DNA of 63,131 bases, filler included, from Pelomyxa schiedti (lineage: Eukaryota > Protista > Evosea): assembly GCA_020536535.1 (NCBI GenBank). It is 6 parts of 6 records of this genome, joined end to end, with 100 filler letters (N's around TTAATTAATTAA, not from the genome) between each part and the next. Parts side by side here need not be neighbours in the genome. Positions count along the whole stretch, not along the records: positions 45,139 to 60,756 come from JAHLWZ010001154.1; positions 60,857 to 61,955 come from JAHLWZ010002839.1; positions 62,056 to 63,131 come from JAHLWZ010002881.1; 3 more parts are not named here. One strand, 5' to 3'. The notes below the pieces were generated by a model. It was not told the origin of the DNA and searched no databases. It saw only the letters and a list, made by a program, of their open reading frames with translations. Within the stretch, counting starts at the first letter, position 1, and the number at the start of each line of letters is the position of its first letter. The position numbers and the translations under genes were made by a program. Below are positions 52,901 to 63,131 of the stretch, in pieces.

Positions 52901-54740
52901 AATTGCCAGAGGTGGGACTGGGACAGATGTTTCAACGCCAGACACCTGGAAGTTACTGCAGGTCTCTGGTGTGGGCACCCCTTCTTGCATGAACATACCA
53001 CGGTACACTTGAACGAGGTGAGTGTAGATCTTGGCAGGAACAACATTGGACCGGGAGCACAGTAGATTGATGAAGGGGGTTACGATTGTATCGAAAAGCA
53101 GAGTGAGGCTTTCAGAACCAAGAGCCTAAAGTACATTGGGTTACTGATACGCTATTGCCGGATGTACTGTTTAATGCCACCAACATTGCACAGGCAGTCC
53201 CATGTCTGGAAGCACGTCAACAGGACTTCTTGGTCTGCTTCACTAGGGGCGACTGAACATAAGGGAGTCATCAGAACTTGTATGCGTGTAGGTGTGAAGC
53301 TTGGCTCACGCCGTTCGTACACGGAAATCTTAAAGGTGTGTAAGAAAGGAGATTTCTTCACTCTTGAAGCAAACAAACCAAGCATTTCCACGCCTTGAAT
53401 ATTGCCTTCCGAACTTCAGCCTTCGGGTGCCCAAAAGAATCTTGTGCAAAGGGAAAAATCTTGTTGGCCAGGTCCGCTGTCAAGGAGGGTCCCAGAAGCA
53501 CGATAATATAGCCCCACACTCGAATCAAGAATACGAGCATGTCTTGGTCAGATTTCGAGAGGGCAGTTTGCCACATGTTTTTGAAACGATCCAGAAGGCT
53601 CATCGTGTTGGTGTTGGGAAGGGCAACAGATGAGGATACAGGAGGAGGCTGGGAAAACTTCGTGGTGCCAGTCAAGTCTTGCGCTAACATACTCGACAGT
53701 TCTCCAGGAGGCTGTGGAAATATCTTTGCGATTGCCATGACGACCTCTTCAGCTTTTTGGCGTATTCGGCCAGGTTGAGCGAATAAGCGCAAATAAACCT
53801 GAGGACCCCAAACTGAGGCAGTGTGTCCAGCAGAAGTCTTGAGTTGATTGAGGAGTTGTTTCATTGCGTTCAGGCCTTCTTCCTCGACGACCGTACTGTT
53901 AAACTTATCTTCTGCGAGCACTGTACAAATCTGGAGAATATAGCTGCATGAGAATGTGAAAGTTTCTGAGTATGCAAGTGCTGCGAAAGAGGCGCTGTCA
54001 ATGCAATAGACTATTTACAGTCCCAATATACTAACCGCGTCAACCAATGACAATGGCGGAGTCTGCTTCAGATTCTGCACAGACACACACCACAAGCCCA
54101 GCTGATTCATAGTCTTCGACTCCTGTGCCCTCAGTACCTTCTCAATCGTCCCGTAGAGAGTCGTGGCAAACTGCGGAGTGAAATAAGGCACCACGGACGG
54201 AATGTGCAGCATGTATCCCAAAGTGTGCAAGCACTCCCTCCTCACGCCATCGCCCCCTCCGCCCTTGGTTCCCTTGCCGCCGGCCGTTTCCCCTGTCGCA
54301 GCAGCGGCATCAGGCTCGTCAGTGGCTGCTGCGGGATTTGCATTGGCGCCAGAAGAACCAGAACCAGAACCAGCACCACCACCACTGGGACTCGCGCTTG
54401 CGGAAGTGGCGGAAGCGGCGGGAGAAACGGCCAAGTCCCTCGCCACGCTCGCGACGTAGCCGCCAAGAAGCGCGGGGGTAGTGCCGCCGCCGCCGGACTC
54501 GGAAAACGCCTTGGACTTGACCATATCCCTGAGGTTGCGGTACAAATCCGCCAACAAACGGTCGCCGCTGCCGCCACCCTCTTCTATTGACTTCAACAGA
54601 TCTCTGAAAGACGAAGCACAGGCCGAAGAAGAGGAAGATCCTTTCTTTTGTGCGGTGCCGCCGCCGCTGCTGCTACTACTGGTGCGAGATCCACCAACCA
54701 CAGGCGACACTGCCGGTGACGTGGAAGCTCCGTGGCTCAT
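49904..54740 (-). CDS. RIF1: Telomere/replication-timing protein Rif1
   Basis: HEAT-type Rif1_N features LGLWCVSVQ, VWGPQVYLRL, RVWGYIIVLLG, AIFKAWKCLV and RIQVLMTPL; also SKHRHMKNVTVQFWNKTFG...YPPSL and LTDRQIE. Confidence 0.85.
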
Positions 54741-55152
54741 CTTCAACCGATTTTCCTGGTTTCAGTTTTTGATGACTCTTCTTCTGAGTCTCTTTCATTC
54801 AGGCCCAACTGATGCAGTTTCTGCTCATCGCAGTGACGTTCCCAGAGCTAGACGACTCCCCCCTATATTGTGAGAAAAAAAAAAAAAAACCATTCCTGCT
54901 CCAGCTTCTTGAGAATAGAAAAAAGTTCGTACAAAAAGACTTTTGAACAACATAAGTGACTGCCATGTGCAGCACTACAGTTAATCGTCTTTTGATTTGC
55001 GCCGTTAAGAAACTTTGTGTATAAGTGACACTTTAGGGGCCAGTGTCGAAGGACTGGAAGATTATGGGACCACCATTTTGTTTTGAATTACCCAAATCTC
55101 TGTAATTCTATGGCGTTGCTGAAATAACTACTGTGCTTCTTCTGGGTTTGGT

Positions 55153-58100
55153 TTAATAGTAAGCGGGTATTAGGAATTCTGGGGTGATTGTAATACGACT
55201 CTGTCCACAAATGCCGCACCATTTTCGAAGTGCTTTTTCCAAAGTGGCCTTTGTTTGGTGAGAATCCGTGTCAGAAGCGGCGTTGGTTTGGTACTACACA
55301 CCCTGATTGCCAATTCTTGGTCTCATCCACAGCTTGTTTGATGTGCGGATACTTGGCCATAACCCTGCCGGAATACAAAGTGGAAATTGTGGTCCTCGCG
55401 TTTTGTATCCAGTAACTTCCCGAGGTTTTAATATGAGTCAACTCATAAGAGAACGAAACTCACTGTGTGTCAAGTCCTTCGTACTGCAAATTCAGGAATG
55501 CCATGATTGTTCCAGGTGCCAGAGAACTCGTCAGGGGGAGGGCCCGCTCCAATTTAGACATGAATGTGATGTCCATGATGTAGCAGCTCGAGTCTAAATG
55601 AAGTTTTAGACACAATTTCAGTGAAGGAAGCAAAACCGATGAAGAACACTTTCAGACAGAATTCGTTGCCATCCCTCGTCGTTATGGACTCAAGTTCCGT
55701 GGAACGAATGACTATCCCCACAAAATCGAAGTCATCACCTGTGTTGCACTTCCGAGACAGGTCCCCAATGTTTAGTGTTATCCTAAAGATATTCAGAAGG
55801 AAAGTGCTTCAAGAAAGAAAACCTTGGGGTAAAAAAGCCGGGAGGCGGGACCTTCATGCGGGGAACCCACTGTGTACTGCTTGTCGTCGTGAGGTGTAAA
55901 GCAGCTCCTTTTTGGGGATTACCCCTTTTGGAACTCAAATTGTACACTCTGTCATCCCAGTGAGAGGAATGGAGAAGGTAGGATATTGTAATACTAAGTA
56001 CCGCAGCCATTTGCCTTCCCGAAATTGCTCTTTTGATGTGAGGTCCGAGAGAGTTATGATGCAGCAGTAGTCTCGTGTGGGGGGTGAACTTGGAGATTGG
56101 TTGAGATCCGGACATTCAACCACCTTCAGCTGCATCTTCTGGTGGACTTCACGCGGTTTGATGTCTTCAGTAAGCTTATCTTGCACTCGAGAGTTTATCA
56201 TCTATAACGTCTGGATGAGTCTCAAATTTCTTCATTCACACATACAACAAGGAGGGTGTTGAGCAAGAACCTCCAGTTTTTTTGCATTTTCTCGTTCCAC
56301 TTTGTTGCTGAGGATGTGTTGCTGGTTGCCTGCGAGAGTCTGAAAGAATTCGTGTGGATCAGATGAGAGTTGCCACTGTACATATAAGTCATCTTCATCG
56401 TCACAGTCGCTGGGAAGCGCTTCTGTGATGGAACGGATATGAGAGCGTGGCAGACAATGATTTGTGAAAAAAGGGAAAATACTCCGTGATTCTTCAGGTC
56501 TCAATTCTTCCTCAACTTCTTTTTCGATTTGGGGAAATATCCTCTCTCTCAGTTTTGAAACATCAGCCTTGTAAAGCTGTGAGGAAAGCGTGGAAGTATG
56601 AGGAGAAAACCTCATAATTTCTTGTGAACGCAGCATTTTCAGCTTTTGTGAGATAGCGTATTGAGTCACCCCTTACTTCCATGAACGTGGAGGGATACTT
56701 CCTCACTATCACTACGTCGACAGCTGGCACAAGGCACCTTGAATTGTTTAATCTATTGGAAGGGAAGACACTTAAAAGGCCACTATACATGGAGGCTTGA
56801 CGCAAAGAACTAAGTTTGGCAAGAAAAAACTTCTCCTTTGGGAATCCGAGCTTGGAAAACCACTTGGCACGCCTGGATGTTGTTGTTTGTTGCGAAGCGA
56901 CTGTGAGGGAAAGATACATTAAAAATTGCCTTACCTGATTCCGTTGAAACCAAGTTGAAGTTTGGCACCAGGACTGAGCTCGGTGGGAAGACAGTTTACA
57001 CTGTGACCAACAAGTTCGGCTCCATACACTCGCAACTTCATTCCCACAAAAAGATTTCCTTTCTTTCTGAGCCTGTCAGGTAAAGTGTCACCAGGAGAAC
57101 ATCAATTAAAAGTGGGCAATACTCATCAAGTTCTGTGTCCAACTCCGCATTGATACAATACCAGCCATCTGTAACTTCAATGATATGACCACTCCCGTTG
57201 TACCACTTGGGTGGTTGCTTCCTCTTGCTGGGTGGTGCATTTCCGCGTTGCTCAGCATTTTCACCGCCAGGATTGTTGTCCTCAAGGGTAGGTTGCTTCT
57301 TATCAAGGCAAGAAATGCACAGAATCATGTAGTTTGAGGAACGTGCTTCCCCCTGTGTAATAAGTCGAATTGCGCTGTGGTAAGGGCGATGGAGACATTC
57401 CTCTCCTTTGTATCTGCCAAGGAGTGTTTGAATTCTCCCAAATGATTTCAATATTACCTGTATTGGAGTTGCTCTAAAACCCTCCCAGGAGTAAGACAAA
57501 TTCCACCACACTTTTGTGGGAATCTCCTGTTTAATAAATGATTCACAATGCAAGTTGGAAAAGGCTTTTGACTCCACGATACCGTTCCATGCTGCTCAGC
57601 TTCCAGACAATTAAGCGGAAGTGATTGTGGACCCAAGCTTCTGTGACAGCCTTCGCATCTGCCCCAGCCTCTATCATTGCTTGGCGAAATTCCTGTGCCC
57701 CAACAGAAGCAGAATTTGATATTGATGGAGGTAGCCCGGAAAAACTGCCTTTGTTGGATGCAGTGAACCGGAAGGTTTCGGCAGAGATACTCGTAATCAA
57801 TGCAACCTCTTGTTTTCTGTACCAGAAAGATTTTTTTTTGGTGAGTTTCTTGGTGGATATTTTTTGGGACCCACATATTGAAGTGATCCAACTCTTCCAC
57901 AGTGTATAATCTTGGTGGTTCTGCATCTTCACCAAACTGAGCCAAGGTAATTCGACCGTTTTTCTTTGACGGTTGTGGTGTTGCGTTTGCTTTTTCAGTT
58001 GAAGCAGGCTTTTTTGTCTCGACTTTCGAAGTTGAAGAAGTTGCAGGAGATTTAACTTCTGCATCACTTCGAAATGGTGTCCGAAATGGGGTGTGAAATG

Positions 58101-60573
58101 GTTTCTTATACGGAGGAGGCTGTACTGTGGTGTTTGGGATATTGGACTTGGTCGATTGACCTGGTGGCGTGACATGTTGTGCATTATCAGTCGTCTTGCT
58201 GACGCCTGTCTGTGTGGAAGTCAGAGAAAGGAAAGATATGAGAGACACAAACCGAATTTTTAGGAAGTGGGAGATTTCTTGGAGTGGAATATGGCGGGAC
58301 AAATCCTGTGCAGTATTTAGAAAGTTAGCCTGCACATAGAAGTAATAATTGTGATTCGCGCAACTTGTTGAGGACGGTGTTTTTCCAGTTGCAGAGGGTC
58401 CACTGCGAGTTGGCAGTTTTACTTTTCCTGTGGTAACTGGAACAGGCTTTTGGGATTGGCTCTGTGGTGTAGATGGGGGTTTGTGTATTCCACCGCTTTG
58501 ATGTAGCAGATCTTTGTGTGTTTGAATAGGCACTGGCTCAGTGGGAATGGGGTTGAACTGACACCAAATTAACCCGGAGTAGTGTACAAGTAGTAAGTAC
58601 CCACCTTGTTGTTGTCACCTGGTAGTGGTCCCATTTCCAAATCCTCGGGATCAAGGTTGGCAATGAAATCCCAAGTTGGATCAGAACTTGTAGGAGCTGT
58701 GCTGCTGAGAACACTCTGCGAATCCGTCATAGAACTAAGAAGATTCAAGCTTTCCGCAGCTGCAGCAGAATTCTAAGTTGTTGGAAAGTTACATCAATTA
58801 GAGAGGAACAGCATTGTGGGTGGAAGAAATGCCTGTGACAAAACAGGCTGCTCAGGTTGGCCACCTGTGATTTTTTTTTTTTACATTTTGTGAGAAATGG
58901 TGACAAAGAGCAAGATTGGAAAATTACTGCCATTAAGTACTTTTTTGTTTATTCGAGTGCTGCTGAGATTCTTCCTCACTTTTGTTGGCCAAACTTGCTC
59001 CTTCATCACCAAATAATCTCGATGCAACTCTCTGCTTCTCATCGGCAGAAGGTGCTGGACGAAGAGGTGCTTTCCCAAATGTTGTGAAACCTGAAGACTT
59101 GGCTTGCGGGAGTTGTGGGCTTGGCGACGATGCTTCTGGTATCTCGTCGGTATCTAATAAAATTTTCTGGATGATGTCAGAATTGGCTGGTCTGGAAGCT
59201 GCAATGGTGGTCCCTTTCAGGCCTTTCATGAAAACTGGAGCGGACTTTGTAGTGGTGCCGGAAGCATTTGTGATTTGGCGAGCTTCAGCCGTTTCCACTG
59301 TTTCAGGTGGTTGGGAAGTTTCAATCGAGCTGGGATCTTCCAGAAACTGGTTCCAGCGATTCCGGTCAGCAGCAGAGGTTTTGGGTAACAAGGCTTTTCC
59401 TCGGAACCCGACCTGGAAACCACATGAAGGAGGTTTGACAGTAGATCTGTCTGCTCGAGATGAGGCAAGGAGATCATTGTCATCGTCGGAGTGCATTGCA
59501 CCACTGGGAGGAGGCTCATCAAGTTGTTGGATGATTGCCTTGGTTTCTGGATTGCCAACACTGCCTTCTGTGCAAGTTGGAAGGTCCCGCTTCATCCCAA
59601 TTCCTGCATGTTCCTTCTTATCGAGTGCCGACGAGATTGTTGTTTCAGTTGCAGAAGATCGTGCTTCTGCCACTGTTTCTTTGTTCTGCAGCTGAACAGC
59701 TTCTTCAATCCCAGGTTTTGGTTTTGAACATTTCACACAATTGTCCGAATCAACGCCATTCACGTTTGAACAGGAACGGCAAGTCCAACAGTCGCCACGT
59801 GACTCCAGTGAAGCCACTTTTTTTGTCCCATCATCCGCTTGGGCCACCTTGGAGGCTGTGCCAGGGAGTCGTGGCCGTGGCTGTGGCTGCGGCTGCGGCG
59901 GCTCCACAGATTTTTCCGCGGGTTTTTTGACTTGTGGAATATCACGAGGCCTCTTTTTGCCCGCCAATTTCTCTTCTCCACCATCGTCGACTGTTGATGT
60001 TGTCGGTGTGACTTGGTGGCGTGGTGTCTCCAATCTCGAGATTCCACCATTGTTGTTGTTTTTGGCGTGGTCCTCCTCGTCCTCTTCCTTCTCCTCTTTT
60101 TCACTGGTAGATCCCTTGACATTATCACCTGCCTCACTCTTTTCCGCGTTGGTTTCATCGCTGCTGCTGCTGCTGCTGCTGGCACTACTCCCCTGCTCTG
60201 CTTTGGTTTTTGTTTTCGTTTTCTTTGTGCCCTTTTTCTTGGCTTTGTCGTCCGATGCGGACCCCGGCTCCGACGACTCTTCGCTATCACCCTTCTTCTT
60301 CCTTCTGGTCGTGGTGGCGGTGCTTTTGGCTGCTGCCGCTGGCGGCGGTGGTGGTGTCTTGGTCTTTTTGTTTTTGGCCTTGGCGGTTGTGGTCGTGGCT
60401 TTTCCCTTGGCCGTGGTCTTGCCCCTGCTGGCCTGTGCCTTGGCCCCTTTGGCGTTCCTCCTTCCCTCGCCCTCCTCCCACTCCTCGTCACTGCTGCTGC
60501 TGCTGTCCTCGTTGCTCTCCGAGCTGTCGCTGCTGCTCGACGTCGTGCGGCGCCGCTTCGAAGGCCGCGGCAT
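55153..60573 (-). CDS. BRCA2: BRCA2 homolog (RanBP2-type zinc finger, degenerate BRC repeats, helical + OB domains)
   Basis: EAWVHNHFRLIVWKLSSMER, VLEQLQYRY, MILCIS, IEVTDGWYCINAELD, KLRVYGAEL, RRAKWFSKLGF, VDVVIVRKYP. The 3' end is approximate. Confidence 0.9.
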
Positions 60574-62055
60574 ATCGATCTGCGAATTGATAGATTAGAA
60601 TAGAACAAACAACGATGAGACGAAACTCAAATCTGAAAAAAAAATCGGTTTGATCACAAGCAGGTGCCGTCGGCGCCGACGGTGGCAACAACTGCCACTT
60701 TAAGTTTTTATTTGGCGGGAAAATTGCAGTCATGGGACGAGTGTGTACTCTTTGGTNNNNNNNNNNNNNNNNNNNNNNNNNNNNNNNNNNNNNNNNNNNN
60801 TTAATTAATTAANNNNNNNNNNNNNNNNNNNNNNNNNNNNNNNNNNNNNNNNNNNNCCTACGTCTCTGATATCAGGCTCAGAAGGCCCCTTTCCCTGAAA
60901 TCCGAAACAACAAAATAAAATAAAACACGAAGGCGATGCGCGGCTGTTGTTCGTCGGTGGGGCTCTGGTGCGTGCGGCACTGGGGAGGGACCTGTCATTG
61001 AAAATGAAGTGCGTTGTGACATTCGCAGCTGCACCGTTTTATCGGTCTGTTCTCCTTTTCTTTTTTTTTTTTTTTTTTTTCTTCTTCTTTTTCGCCTTGT
61101 GTTTGTCCCGGATTGTTGAGTAATAAAAACCTAAATAATTTCGTTTTCAAATATAGATATATATATAATAGATGCCTGGTCTTAAACTTCCAACACAAAT
61201 AAAATAAAACAGAAAGGTGATGCTGTGCTAATGCTGGGTGAGGGCGTTTCTTTGTGGTGGATTCCACATCGAAATATGATACCACTCCATTGCTTGTACG
61301 CGCTGCTGGTGTAGGCACAAGGTTTGTTGCAAATAATTCGGATTATTTTATTATTTTTTAAGAATATCTTTTATAAGTCCCTCTCACTCAAGGAAATAGG
61401 TTTTTTCGTAACATCAATGATCTTACTCCTTGGCCTTGTCTGAGCCTGTTGAAGATTTTTATTTGACTCGTCGGATTGAGTTCTTCCACAGGCACCGCAG
61501 CAATACCACAAGTGTGAGTACCGCAGCCTGCTCCACCAAGTATTCTGCTTACCGTCAACCCTCCCACGCACCCAAAACCAGGATAGACTTTTTTTTAGCA
61601 AACTTTGGCTGCTTCTTTAACTTAAGTTAAAAGGGTTTTCCTGAGACTTTGGGGAAAATTGTCAGAAGTGTTTTGTTTTTCGAGCCTTTAATGCTGCGAA
61701 AATGCTGATGTCGTGATAAGAGCTGAAGGAGGAGCGGTGTGATTTGTCCCACAGTTATGCCCTTTCTCTGTGGAAGTTATACCACAACGAAGGAAAAGAC
61801 GCTGCTGCCGAAAAATTACACAGGTCCTTCTTAACACAGCACTTTAAACCCAAGTAAGTAACTCTAACTGCCCCCAACACTGCCATTTTTTTCACTCTTG
61901 CAGTTCGAAGAACTTTAGGGTGTGCACTTTTCTGCAGCACTACTGTGGGAAAGTTNNNNNNNNNNNNNNNNNNNNNNNNNNNNNNNNNNNNNNNNNNNNT
62001 TAATTAATTAANNNNNNNNNNNNNNNNNNNNNNNNNNNNNNNNNNNNNNNNNNNN

Positions 62056-63099
<1,044 letters not shown>

Positions 63100-63131
63100 T
63101 GATCAGATGATGATGCGTGAAATCACTACAT

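Noticed and set aside
60857-61955. Small contig with short ORFs
   Set aside because: No consistent exon chain or recognisable motif was found.

Overview
Gene-dense eukaryotic (protist) scaffold window. It uses the standard genetic code and has very short GT-AG introns (about 36-70 nt). The gene-family style recalls Archamoebae such as Pelomyxa, which is an inference only. Two plain 100-N gaps and five artificial N-TTAATTAATTAA-N spacers break the window into separate contigs. The first 16 kb is a decaying, duplicated accessory region. It holds lineage-specific ankyrin-like and 'ARDQF' family genes, frameshifted ROCO (LRR-ROC-COR-pseudokinase) copies, two previously unannotated MITE-like elements with terminal inverted repeats, and a duplicated PARP 3' exon. 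The rest is mostly conserved genes: a DH-PH RhoGEF, a bacterial-type secreted beta-helix protein, CSL4, MSH3, MCM6, CEBPZ/MAK21, RIF1, BRCA2 and alanine aminotransferase. The standout is a spliced minus-strand gene at 23728-27645. It joins a complete Rnl2-like ATP-dependent RNA ligase domain in-frame to BRCT-WGR-regulatory-catalytic (H-Y-E) domains of a PARP4-like enzyme, making it a candidate one-protein RNA-repair/ADP-ribosylation system. All exon models were derived by hand and no database searches were run.
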